Shown: positions 20,045 through 29,373 of the stretch, one piece after another
How positions within the stretch are numbered: the first letter of the stretch is position 1
Layout: each line of letters starts with the position of its first letter
Assembly (NCBI GenBank): GCA_020351775.1
Contig: CP070666.1
Coordinates: 4,723,138-4,787,137, forward strand
DNA: 64,000 bases
Source of the DNA: Gemmatimonadota bacterium
GTDB lineage: Bacteria > Gemmatimonadota > Gemmatimonadetes > Gemmatimonadales > GWC2-71-9
Direction: 5' to 3'
The notes under the pieces: model-generated
What the model was told of the DNA's origin: nothing
The model's input: the letters and a program-made list of their open reading frames with translations, nothing else
Databases searched by the model: none
Translations under genes and position numbers: made by a program

Positions 20045-22335
20045 ATCAGGCCTCGTGCACGGCGGTACCCCCACTCCGTGGCGACGAGCCCAAGCAGCAG
20101 GAAGAACACTATGGGCATGTCCCACAAGTCCTTCTCCTCATAGACCGTTGAGCCGCTTTCCGTGTAGCGGACGTCCTCTGGCAGTGAGCCAACCGTCTGC
20201 GGTGTGTAAAACCTACCGCCGGTCTCCTCAGCCACTCGCCGGAGTAGAGTGGACCGCATTTGAGCGCCGAAGTACTCCTCCACTGGCTCCGCGACTTCGA
20301 CAAAAGAGGTAGCGTTCCCGAGCAACTCACCGTCACGGTTCACCTCAACACTGATTTCGTACAGGCCATTCTCGTCAGCAACGAAGCTCGCCTCGTATTC
20401 GCCATCGCGCTCCACAGTCCACTCCATATCCAATGCCTGCTCCAGGCCAGACGGCGTCGTGACGCGCGCCGTTGCGTGAGCATCATTGACCTTCAGATAA
20501 GCTGAGTCGACCACCTCCGTCGTGATGGTGAGCCTCTCTCCGACCCCAGCCCGATCTTTCGGCACAGCCGCGTGCACCTGGTCCGGCACTGAGCTGACGA
20601 GCCAACGCAACAGCTGACGCCAGAAGGACTCGTGGGTCATGTCGTCAAGAGGGATATCGGCGTGCATCTGCCAAATCCAAGAGTCCTGCACCGGAAACGC
20701 GACCACCCGACCCCGGCCAAACCGCTGCGCTGCAAGTACGACGACACCCTCGGCTCCGTTTCCGTGACCGGTGAGCAGGGTGCTCGCTCCCGGCTTGACT
20801 TCGAAGACAGGATTCACCGTCGAAAGCGCGGGTAGACCTGCCCAGCGTTCTGCCGATCCCTCGGGCGTCGGCGAGAGCTGAGTGACCGGATGTGAGCGGC
20901 CAGTCGGAGTGAGTTCCACCGACACTTCGCTGAAAAACGTGGAAGAGTCGTTCTCGGGGCGCGGTTCCAGGACGACCGGCAAGATGTTGCTGATCGGAGT
21001 GCCGGCGTACCCGCCCTGACCGAGTGCGTTGCGCCCTCCCAGGGCCAGCAACCCACCACCCCGCTGGCCGACGAACTCAGCGATCATCTCCAGCTGGCCG
21101 TGGGTGAAGAAGCTAGCTTCCACGCTGCCAAGTATGATCCCGCGATACTGGAATAGCTCCTCTCGGGTGGTGGGGAATCCGCCCGCCAACTCATCCGCCT
21201 GTTCGACGTCGTACCGCTGGAATTTGTTGTCCGCTGTACGCTGCAGGATCACCACGTGAAGATTATCGTCCTCCGCGATCGCACGCCTCAGGAACTTGAC
21301 CTCAAACCGGGGTTCACCTTCGAAATAGAGTATCTTCTCTCGACGGTCCCGCACGTGGATTAGAACATCGCGCTCGTTGTTCTCATCGACCAATTCTTCC
21401 AGTTCCGGCAGGATGCGAAAGCGGAACAGACGGGGACCAGTTTCCGTGACCTCGAAATGTGCTCGAACCGTCGTCACCTCACCCTCACCCTGTAGTTCCA
21501 CTGCCTGGGCGCTCACGATCCGGCCGCCATCTTCCACGTTGAGCTGCACCGTCTCGCCACCGAATCCCGTGTGAGTGACCATCACATCCACAGCAACCGC
21601 CGAGCCCTCCAGCACAACACGAGGCGCCTCGACCCGCGCGATCTCGATGTCCCGTTCGAACTGCTCCCGACCGATACCCACAGTATGCACCGGCACACCG
21701 CGACTGCGGAGTTGCAGCACGGATTCCGTCAGCGGATCCTCCGAATTATCGGCTCCGTCTGTGAACACGATCAGGCCTGCCAGTGGCAACGTGGACAGCT
21801 CGCTGCGAGCTTCGTCCAACGCGTGACCCAACCTCGTCTGGCTGCCGGTGAACGTCAGCTCGTCCGAGCCCGATATGCGCTGCAACGATTCTGAGAAACG
21901 GAAGAACCGCAACTTGAAACGTTCGGACAATCCCGTGAGGAGCTCGCTGCCTTCCGGACCGAACTGCTCCCGTATGAACTCGCTGCGTGCCTGCCCTGCG
22001 TCGGCGACCTGCATACTGCGCGAATCGTCCAGCAGGATACCCAGGTAGTTTTCCTGCGGGACCACCGTTGGGACGACCAGCATCGGGCGCAACAGACAGA
22101 ACACCAGGACGGCCAGCACCGACACCCGCAGCACGGCCAGGAGCGCCTTATCGGCGGTACCCAGCTTGCCACCGAGTCTCACATAGCTCAGCAGCGGCGG
22201 AATCACGAGTGCCAGACCAATGACGATGAACAGCAGAACCGGCCATGGTGCATGCAGCACGAACTGCCCGTTGTCAAACACGACGGGACGATATTTGAAC
22301 AAGAACTCGAATACGGTCGCCGGCGGGGATCCCAT
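20041..22335 (-). CDS. Membrane protein with VWA, Ig-like and glutamine-amidotransferase-like (DUF1355-type) domains
   Basis: Two N-terminal TMs, MIDAS DDSRS, FTDGADN, EGEPRFEVKFLRRA, FVGQRGGGLLALGG, QRFGRGRV, C-terminal TM. Confidence 0.75.
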   Translation of the reverse strand: MGSPPATVFEFLFKYRPVVFDNGQFVLHAPWPVLLFIVIGLALVIPPLLSYVRLGGKLGTADKALLAVLRVSVLAVLVFCLLRPMLVVPTVVPQENYLGILLDDSRSMQVADAGQARSEFIREQFGPEGSELLTGLSERFKLRFFRFSESLQRISGSDELTFTGSQTRLGHALDEARSELSTLPLAGLIVFTDGADNSEDPLTESVLQLRSRGVPVHTVGIGREQFERDIEIARVEAPRVVLEGSAVAVDVMVTHTGFGGETVQLNVEDGGRIVSAQAVELQGEGEVTTVRAHFEVTETGPRLFRFRILPELEELVDENNERDVLIHVRDRREKILYFEGEPRFEVKFLRRAIAEDDNLHVVILQRTADNKFQRYDVEQADELAGGFPTTREELFQYRGIILGSVEASFFTHGQLEMIAEFVGQRGGGLLALGGRNALGQGGYAGTPISNILPVVLEPRPENDSSTFFSEVSVELTPTGRSHPVTQLSPTPEGSAERWAGLPALSTVNPVFEVKPGASTLLTGHGNGAEGVVVLAAQRFGRGRVVAFPVQDSWIWQMHADIPLDDMTHESFWRQLLRWLVSSVPDQVHAAVPKDRAGVGERLTITTEVVDSAYLKVNDAHATARVTTPSGLEQALDMEWTVERDGEYEASFVADENGLYEISVEVNRDGELLGNATSFVEVAEPVEEYFGAQMRSTLLRRVAEETGGRFYTPQTVGSLPEDVRYTESGSTVYEEKDLWDMPIVFFLLLGLVATEWGYRRARGLI

Positions 22336-23142
22336 CTAATGACTCATCCCGTATATGATCATGTTGATGCCGAGTTTGTACGCAAAGCTGGAATACGTGA
22401 ACGGGTACCACGGCTGCTCAACCCATTCCCACGCGTCTCCCAGATCCGTGTTCCAATTAATCACAACCATCAGACGCCCTTGCTCGTCGAAAATCCCACG
22501 CAACGCCGGCTGACATGGCATGTAGCATTCCCACGTCCGCCCGCCCCGGGCGGCGAGGCCCACCTGGGGAACCTGGACGATCTCATCGATTTCGTAGAAG
22601 GCACTGAGCAACGGATGATCCAGAGGAATGTCCACTATCGGGTACTCAGGCAACACCCGGCCGATCTCGTACTCGAAGTTCTGCCACTCTCCCACGTCCC
22701 AGAAATCGTCGATTACGAGAAAGCCGCCGGCCAGCAGGTAGCTCCGCAGACCCTCGATCTCCGCCGGGTTCAGGGCCATGTATCCGACCTCCAACGCATA
22801 CAGAAACGGAAACCGCCGCAGCTCCGGGTCGTCGAGCCGAACCGGATGCTCGTATTCGTAGGCGTCTATGTTCGTGTACCGGCGGACACCGACCAGGAAT
22901 TGGACATCGGCTTTGGGGAAATCGGTTTCCCAACTGTTACCGCGCCAACCGTGCCCGCTGTAGATCGCTCTGGTGAAGTAGAATTCCCGTCCATTCACAG
23001 CGGCGCCTGCGGGTGGTGGCACACTCACTGCTGGCCGCTGGCCTTTCTCAGCTCGACCTGCCGACGCGGAACCCCAAGCGACTGCACCGAGGGATGTGGC
23101 CCCGAGAATGGCTAGCGCTGTGGGTAAAGCATGCAGTTTCAT
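22336..23142 (-). CDS. Exported DUF4159 protein (first gene of operon)
   Basis: Signal peptide; WETDFPKAD, LRSYLLAGGFLVIDDF, NTDLGDAWEW, AYKLGINMIIYGMSH. Confidence 0.85.
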   Translation of the reverse strand: MKLHALPTALAILGATSLGAVAWGSASAGRAEKGQRPAVSVPPPAGAAVNGREFYFTRAIYSGHGWRGNSWETDFPKADVQFLVGVRRYTNIDAYEYEHPVRLDDPELRRFPFLYALEVGYMALNPAEIEGLRSYLLAGGFLVIDDFWDVGEWQNFEYEIGRVLPEYPIVDIPLDHPLLSAFYEIDEIVQVPQVGLAARGGRTWECYMPCQPALRGIFDEQGRLMVVINWNTDLGDAWEWVEQPWYPFTYSSFAYKLGINMIIYGMSH

Positions 23143-23215
23143 CTAGTTCGGCCCGGGCCGTCTCCATCAATACCGGTTACGCCGCCCTTTGGTTCCCTCA
23201 GCCCGTACGCTCGGG

Positions 23216-23815
23216 TCAACTGGTTTCCCCTCGCACTGCCTCCTCTTGACTCTCCCCAGGGCATACGCTGCGGCGGATGTACTCGATCAGACTGGTAGGC
23301 AACTGGCGGATGCGCTGCTCCACCATCGGATCGTGACACTGGCCACCCTCACCGAACACCTTCCGCACATTTGCCACCGAGCACGATCCGGGCAGTACGA
23401 TACCGCCCACATGCGAGCATACGCTGCGCAGGTGCTCCAGTGCCTTCACCGCACCGATCACACCACCAGCGACCCCGAGCAAGGCGATTGGCTTCCCGCT
23501 CAGCTCCGAAGGATAGCCCAGGTTGTCGATGATCAGCTTGGCCCCACTGCTGAAGCTGCCATGGTACTCTGGGGTTGCAAGAATGACGCCGGTTGCTCCC
23601 CCAATGGCAGCGCGCACCGTCTGCACGTCCGCGGACGGTCCGCCGGCACCCGGTAGCGGCAGCTCCATCCCGGCAGGATCTACCACCTCCACGCTCACGT
23701 CAGGGATCTTGCGCAACTCGTCCAACACTAGAGCAACTGCCTTCGCCGTGTAGTTCCCGACGCGGGCGCTGCCAATCACGACCGCTATTGTGATTCCGCC
23801 CTTCTCTGGCGGCAT
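23216..23815 (-). CDS. NAD(P)H-dependent FMN reductase
   Basis: GSARVGNYT, TPEYHGSFSSGAK, SGKP and GAVKALEHLR; GGAGG SD before ATG 23815. Confidence 0.85.
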   Translation of the reverse strand: MPPEKGGITIAVVIGSARVGNYTAKAVALVLDELRKIPDVSVEVVDPAGMELPLPGAGGPSADVQTVRAAIGGATGVILATPEYHGSFSSGAKLIIDNLGYPSELSGKPIALLGVAGGVIGAVKALEHLRSVCSHVGGIVLPGSCSVANVRKVFGEGGQCHDPMVEQRIRQLPTSLIEYIRRSVCPGESQEEAVRGETS

Positions 23816-23823
23816 GCAGGCCT

Positions 23824-24103
23824 CCGGTTTCCCGGTGTCGCGGTTTCCCGTTGCCCCGGACCATGCTTCTTCCCCATCTTGCCTTAACCCGGTAACCCGG
23901 TGGTGCCGGTGGGCAGCCAAGCGAGGCTCACTGATCAACCGCTCCGTAACTCAATCAGCCGAACAGCGCGCTATCGATCCGTAGCTCTGTAGCCCCACTT
24001 CTACTACGTCTTCCGCGCGCCGCACGTTGCAGGTATTCCCGGTTACCCGGTCTCCGGCGGTTGTTCGGCCTCTACACCTCGCACGCCGTCCCAGCTTCCC
24101 GGT
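23824..24103. repeat. Cluster of short T(T/A)(T/A)CCCGG-type intergenic repeats
   Basis: CCGGTTTCCCGG 23824, CGGTTTCCCG 23841, TAACCCGG x2 23885-23900, TTCCCGGTTACCCGG 24036-24050, TTCCCGGT 24096. Confidence 0.45.
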
Positions 24104-24132
24104 GGTTGCGTCCCCCTCTTTGCTGCCCTCCA

Positions 24133-24173
24133 TGTATTCTGTACTCTGTACTCTGTACGAGACTCTGTACGAG
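24133..24173. repeat. Short heptamer tandem array (TGTACTC)n
   Basis: TGTATTC TGTACTC TGTACTC TGTACGA GACTC TGTACGA G. Confidence 0.7.
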
Positions 24174-24238
24174 CCGCCCAAACTACGGTTCAGCCCGAGA
24201 GAGCGCCAGGCGACTGTGACCGCCAAGTATTGAACTTG

Positions 24239-25024
24239 TTAACCGAGTAACACACCGGGCAGATCGGCTATCGAGTTCACAACCATGTCAGGTTGGATGT
24301 CCGGGTCGGTGAGATCGGTCTCCTGGAACTTCCCGGTGCGGACGAGGATCCCCCTGCCCCCGACATTCTGGATACCCACAATGTCGTTCTCCAGATCGTC
24401 GCCTACCATGACCACGTCTCTGGGCGAGAGTGCCATCGATTGAGCGGAGAGTTGGAAGAACTCCGGGTTCGGCTTCCCCACGGTGGTGGCCTGGCGTCCC
24501 GTGGCGTATTCGAGCGCAACGATGAATGGACCGGCGTCCAACGTTATGCCGTCCGCAGTTCTCCAATAACGGTTCCTGTGCGTGGCAACCAAGATGGCAC
24601 CGCCGTTCAGCCAGCGGAACGCTCGATTCAGCAGTCCAAAGCTCCATTCGTATCCCAAATCACCCACCACTACCGCTTCCGGACTGTCCTCATCAATCGT
24701 TAGGTGACCGAAGTCCTCCCGAGTAGCCTTCGGCAAGCACAAAGCAACCCGCTCAATCCCGTGGCCGACCAGCCACGAGGCCGCTCCCACGGTCGTGGTG
24801 AACAGCTCCTCTAGTTCGGTCTCGATTCCCAGACCCTGCAGGTGCTCACGGACCTCACGCCGGGACATGCGTGAGGTGTTGGTGACAAACCGGAACGGGA
24901 TGCCGGCTCGCCTCAGCTGCACCACGGTCTGGGGAGCGCCGGCAATGGCCTTGTCCACATCATAAAGGGTGCCGTCGAGATCGAGCAGCACCCCATCGGC
25001 CTGCAGTGACGGCCTGGTTGGCAT
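24239..25024 (-). CDS. HAD-superfamily subfamily IIA hydrolase (LHPP/TIGR01458-like)
   Basis: Motif I LLDLDGTL, VTNTS, VGKP and motif IV MVGDDLENDI. Confidence 0.9.
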   Translation of the reverse strand: MPTRPSLQADGVLLDLDGTLYDVDKAIAGAPQTVVQLRRAGIPFRFVTNTSRMSRREVREHLQGLGIETELEELFTTTVGAASWLVGHGIERVALCLPKATREDFGHLTIDEDSPEAVVVGDLGYEWSFGLLNRAFRWLNGGAILVATHRNRYWRTADGITLDAGPFIVALEYATGRQATTVGKPNPEFFQLSAQSMALSPRDVVMVGDDLENDIVGIQNVGGRGILVRTGKFQETDLTDPDIQPDMVVNSIADLPGVLLG

Positions 25025-25308
25025 CACCGCAGCAGCCACCAGACTGTCACGCACAGGACTATCACTGCTAGCGCGGCAACCCCCCAGCGCAGCCCACGGA
25101 CCCACCGACGTCTATGCTTGCGGCGTCGTGGCGGCACTAGTACAGAGCGGCGACGTGTATTGAGTGGCATCTCCACTGAGGCTTGGGTTCAGATCACGAA
25201 GTTACGACAAAATCGGGCGAGGCGGTATCCTGGCCCGGCACACGGGTCGTAGCCGAGCGGATGCGCCTGAGATCACCGAGCCACCGCCCGACCAGCCACC
25301 GGGGCCAC

Positions 25309-26379
25309 TCACCGCACAGGATTATCGGGTCTCAGTATCGGTGCCAGAAACCGCCATATCTCGCGGCGCGACTCCTTTGCCGCCTGGGTATCCATTCGGT
25401 TGAACCCGTGACCACCCGGTTCGTCCTGGTAGATCTTGTATTGGAATCCCGTCTTGCCCTCTGCTTTGAGTGCCTGAATGAGCCGCTCGACCTCGAGCAC
25501 ATTCACGTCCGCGTCGTTGGTGTTGGTGTGAATCAGTAACGGCGTTCCGTCATATTTGTGAGTGTTCCACGACGGTGACCGGCGGCGATACTCCTCCACG
25601 TCCTCATACGCTGATTTGCCAATGTGATAGTCCACCGAGTACAGGTCACGATATCCTTGCGTCTTGTATCCCATCCGGGCTATGAGATCGCTGACCGGAA
25701 CGCCGGCGTAGGCGGCGGCGTAGGCATCGGGATGTTCAAAGATGTTCATGAGAGCATGCAGGCCGCCATGGCTCCATCCAACGATGCCGACCCGGTTTTC
25801 GTCCAGGAAATCGTAGTTGTCCAACATGAAGTTGCGGGCTGCAAAGGTGTCCTCAATTTCCAGGCCGCCGTAGTCGATTGTCCGGTAGAACCCTCCGCCG
25901 TACCCGGTACTGCCGCGGTATTCAGGCGCTACTACCGTGTAGCCCTGTTCCAGCATCTCCCTCAACCGGTTCGTGGTGCCGGTGTTGAAGTTACTGTGTA
26001 CTCCGCCGTGAGGGTACACAATCAGCGGTTGTTTCCTGCTACGATCCAGGTTCCGGGGTATGAAGACGTACGCACTGATCCTCAGTGGATTGCCCGCACC
26101 CTGGGCCGTGGGATTGGGCTCGTACCTGGGCGGCGGTCCGGTGAACTGTACCATGTCTATCTCAGCGATGTCTCCGACACGATGAAAGAACATTATGTCG
26201 TCGATTCGCCGGTTGATCGCGTCGATCTGGTGGCGCAAGCTCTCGATGTGATTCTCGAGCATATCCTTGATCTGGTGAACATCATCGGCGCTCTGCGCAG
26301 CGAGGGTCATGGGGTAAAAGCCGAATCCAAAAGCCAGTGACACGACCAGCGGTCGCGCGTTGATTCTCAATCGCTTCAT
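25309..26379 (-). CDS. Exported S9-type alpha/beta peptidase lacking a propeller domain
   Basis: Signal peptide; YPHGGVH, PEYRGSTGYG, nucleophile GWSHGG, NDADV and GGHGF. Confidence 0.85.
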   Translation of the reverse strand: MKRLRINARPLVVSLAFGFGFYPMTLAAQSADDVHQIKDMLENHIESLRHQIDAINRRIDDIMFFHRVGDIAEIDMVQFTGPPPRYEPNPTAQGAGNPLRISAYVFIPRNLDRSRKQPLIVYPHGGVHSNFNTGTTNRLREMLEQGYTVVAPEYRGSTGYGGGFYRTIDYGGLEIEDTFAARNFMLDNYDFLDENRVGIVGWSHGGLHALMNIFEHPDAYAAAYAGVPVSDLIARMGYKTQGYRDLYSVDYHIGKSAYEDVEEYRRRSPSWNTHKYDGTPLLIHTNTNDADVNVLEVERLIQALKAEGKTGFQYKIYQDEPGGHGFNRMDTQAAKESRREIWRFLAPILRPDNPVR

Positions 26380-26634
26380 TGGGACGACTCCTGCGAATGT
26401 AGTGTCTGGACTGAGTATGCGTTGAGCTGATACTGACGCGAGTGGTGACTGACTCCAAAGATACGGGCCTGCTGTCTACCGGACCATTCGTCATCGGCTG
26501 GCGATCATCTCCGGCACTCGCCCAAGGTTGTCCGACCCGTTTACCCAACGGATCTCCGCCCGACACAACCGTGCTCCAAACGGTATATTGACTGACCGAG
26601 ATACCAGCAGTGCTCTCTCACTCAGGACCAACCG

Positions 26635-27498
26635 ATGCCCTGGAAACCGATCATCGCCGGTGTGAGCGAATCTGCCGAGAGTGCCTGGGCCGCCACCGTG
26701 GCCTGGAACATCGCCCGGGCTGCAGAGTCTGATTGCCATCTGATACACGCCAGTGATCAAGCAGCTGACATCCCCGTGTGGGTACAGACGCTGGTGGATA
26801 TAGACGAGCTGGAGACCAAACTGACCGCCAGTACGCGACAGCGGATCGAAGAGCATCTCGTCGGGAACGTGCCGTTCGAGTCACTGCAGCACCTTGAGGT
26901 TCGGCTCGGTAAGCCGAAATGGGTCCTCGCGCGGGTTGCGAACGAAAAAGATGCCGGACTGCTGGTCCTGGGCGGTAAAAAGCGGTCCGGCCGCAAGTTC
27001 GGTGGGAGCACCGCATTTCATGTGGTACAGTCGGTGGACGTTCCTACGCTCATCGTCGTTCCCTCCGGCAAGGACCCCGAGCGCGTTCTGGCCGCGGTCG
27101 ATCTCTCGCACGCCGCCGAGCCAACGATAGTGGCAGCACAACAGGTCGCCGACTTCCTCGGTGCCAAGCTCAAGCTGATCCACGTCGTCGAGCCTATGCC
27201 GGACATTCCGAGCTACACCATCGACCTACCCGAGGCACAGAATATCAAGCGGGCCACTGAACAATTCGAGCAGATTGTGCAGCCGTTGATCGAGAGTGGC
27301 CACATAGAAACCGATGTGGTTTCCGGTTCGGCGGATGCTACCATAGCAAGAGTGGCAGAGGAGTGGGATGCCGATATCGTGGTGATCGGATCACACGGCA
27401 AGGGCTGGGTCGAACGGATCCTACTGGGTAGCACTACTCAGAAGCTGATCAGAAACATGCCGGCGTCCCTGTTGGTAGTATCAGTACCCGAGCCCTAG
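26635..27498 (+). CDS. Universal stress protein, two USP domains
   Basis: IIAGVSES and VLAAVDLS domain starts; LLVLGG and IVVIGSHGKGWVERILLGST. Confidence 0.9.
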   Translation: MPWKPIIAGVSESAESAWAATVAWNIARAAESDCHLIHASDQAADIPVWVQTLVDIDELETKLTASTRQRIEEHLVGNVPFESLQHLEVRLGKPKWVLARVANEKDAGLLVLGGKKRSGRKFGGSTAFHVVQSVDVPTLIVVPSGKDPERVLAAVDLSHAAEPTIVAAQQVADFLGAKLKLIHVVEPMPDIPSYTIDLPEAQNIKRATEQFEQIVQPLIESGHIETDVVSGSADATIARVAEEWDADIVVIGSHGKGWVERILLGSTTQKLIRNMPASLLVVSVPEP

Positions 27499-27580
27499 AC
27501 TGCCGCAGCCCAGATTCCACTAGCAGATGAGATTTCTACTTCCCGCTTGACCGCAGCGGCCGCGGGGCCGTTACCAACAG

Positions 27581-28228
27581 CTAGCCCAGGACTCGCAGCA
27601 CTTCCTTGTCCAACCGATGACCGCCGGCAAAGCGGATCACGGAGTAGTCGAAACCGTGCTCCCTGAGACGTGCCTCCTGCTGCTCCAGCACCTCCGACGA
27701 TGCATACTCGTCCGTTTCCCCGACAACGAAATCAAGACCGGCGCCACCCATGCGTCGACGCAACGCCGCCAGGTCCACATCGGGTGGCATGGCTCCGGCC
27801 CACAGGACGACCCTGTCAGGCTGCACCTTGCCACGTTCCACCCAGCGCGATACGGTGGCCGCACCCTGGGAAAAGCCCAGTAGGTGTAGCGCCACGGACT
27901 CGCGGCCTACCTCGGCCAACACGTGATCGCTCACGGCATCCAAGTAGCCCACGTAGTCGGCGATCTCGACTCCCCGATCCTCCTTCGTCATCCAGCTCGC
28001 TCCTACTACACCTGCCGAGTGATCGAGGTAGAAGCGGGACAATCCCTCGGGAGCCACGATGAGGCGTGTACCATCGTCCAATACTCGAAAATAGTCGATG
28101 AACTGGGTCACGAGCTGGCCGTAACCGTGACACACGATCCAGACCTGCCTGAGTCCAGGGTGCACGCCGCCAAGTGTGACACAGCGTGCCGACCGCGCTA
28201 CCTCTATATGGAATTCCCGCTTCTCCAT
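27581..28228 (-). CDS. Phospholipase/carboxylesterase family esterase
   Basis: CHGYGQ, PEGLSRFY, GASWMT, GFSQG and GGH; GGAGAAGGGG SD before ATG 28228. Confidence 0.85.
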   Translation of the reverse strand: MEKREFHIEVARSARCVTLGGVHPGLRQVWIVCHGYGQLVTQFIDYFRVLDDGTRLIVAPEGLSRFYLDHSAGVVGASWMTKEDRGVEIADYVGYLDAVSDHVLAEVGRESVALHLLGFSQGAATVSRWVERGKVQPDRVVLWAGAMPPDVDLAALRRRMGGAGLDFVVGETDEYASSEVLEQQEARLREHGFDYSVIRFAGGHRLDKEVLRVLG

Positions 28229-28332
28229 CCCCTTCTCCCAAGACACCAGTCATTCCCGGGTCGCCGCTCGGCGCATCCCATACGCGGCAGCCACTTGCCC
28301 CAGATTGCCACGGCGGTTGTGCCAAAAGCCGT

Positions 28333-29292
28333 CTAGACCTGGCGTTGCACCTCCGTCAGTACTTGACGTATGATTCGCACGTGTTCCGGCCCGGTCCTGC
28401 AACAGCCACCGATGCAGGATGCTCCCAGAGTTCGCCATTCTCCGGCGAGCTTGCTAAAGTCGACCGGCTCCGCCAACCCGATCCATGCCTTGCGGCCGGC
28501 ATCCCAACCCTCGCCCGAGTTCGGATACACCATGATTGGCTTGTTAGTCACGCCAGTCAGACACTTGATCAACCCAGACACCGTACTTGGTGGGGTACAA
28601 TTCACTCCAATTGCACCGAGTTCTTCCACCGCGGCGAACTCACGTACGACCTCGGCCAGAGGACTTCCATCAGCAATGTGGGTCTGGTCACAACAGTTGA
28701 AGCTGATCCAGGCCGTCGGACGACCGGGTGTCTCCTCCAACAGACGTACGATAGCACGAGCCTCACTATGTGACGGTATGGTTTCGCACGCGATGAGATC
28801 GGCCCCGGCTTGGGCCAAGAGCTGCCACCGGCACCGATGGAATTCATACAGATCGTCCTCATCCAGTCCGTAGTCACCTGTGTACTCTGACCCGTCGGCG
28901 AGGTAGGCACCGTAGGGTCCAACGCTCGCCGCCACCAGTGGACGCAGTCTTCCAGCGCGGTTGGCTGGATCGCTCCAGAACCTCTGCCGCGAATTGAGCG
29001 CAAGCTCCACTGACTGGCACAGCAATTCATTGGCTTCAGCCTCAGTCAACCCGTGTCGCATCAGTCCGGGGAGCGTCGCCTGATAGCTCGCAGTGGCGAT
29101 GCAGTCAGCTCCGGCCCGCAGATAGTCGCGGTGCACGCACTGGATTAGCTCCTGATCCTCGAGCAGCACCTTGGCGGACCATAGTTCGTGGCCGAGATCG
29201 GCGCCGCGGACCTCCAACTCAGTGGCGAGTCCACCGTCAAGAACCAGAAAGCCCTGCTGTTCGATGAATCGGTTGATCGGATTAGTCATGCA
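28333..29292 (-). CDS. mmuM: Homocysteine S-methyltransferase
   Basis: LDGGLATELE, ASVGPYGAYLADGSEY, CETIPS, zinc ligands GVNC and GGCC, YPNSGE. Confidence 0.92.
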   Translation of the reverse strand, partial: CMTNPINRFIEQQGFLVLDGGLATELEVRGADLGHELWSAKVLLEDQELIQCVHRDYLRAGADCIATASYQATLPGLMRHGLTEAEANELLCQSVELALNSRQRFWSDPANRAGRLRPLVAASVGPYGAYLADGSEYTGDYGLDEDDLYEFHRCRWQLLAQAGADLIACETIPSHSEARAIVRLLEETPGRPTAWISFNCCDQTHIADGSPLAEVVREFAAVEELGAIGVNCTPPSTVSGLIKCLTGVTNKPIMVYPNSGEGWDAGRKAWIGLAEPVDFSKLAGEWRTLGASCIGGCCRTGPEHVRIIRQVLTEVQRQV

Positions 29293-29323
29293 GGTGGGCT
29301 TCCACCGTACAGGCAAGCACAAT

Positions 29324-29352
29324 GGGGGAAACGGACCGCAGTCCGTTCCCCA
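29324..29352 (-). terminator. Stem-loop after the VPS10/BNR gene
   Basis: GGGGAAACGGAC-CGCA-GTCCGTTCCCC, about 20 nt past the 29374 stop; no clear U-tract. Confidence 0.4.
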
Positions 29353-29373
29353 CGGTCACACATCCCTCTCGCT

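Noticed and set aside
24133-24173. Repeat array considered as CRISPR
   Set aside because: 7-nt units with no unique spacers and no cas genes.
29293-29373. SAM or other riboswitch expected upstream of mmuM
   Set aside because: Only ~80 nt of intergenic space holding one simple hairpin; no SAM-I/II core motifs seen.
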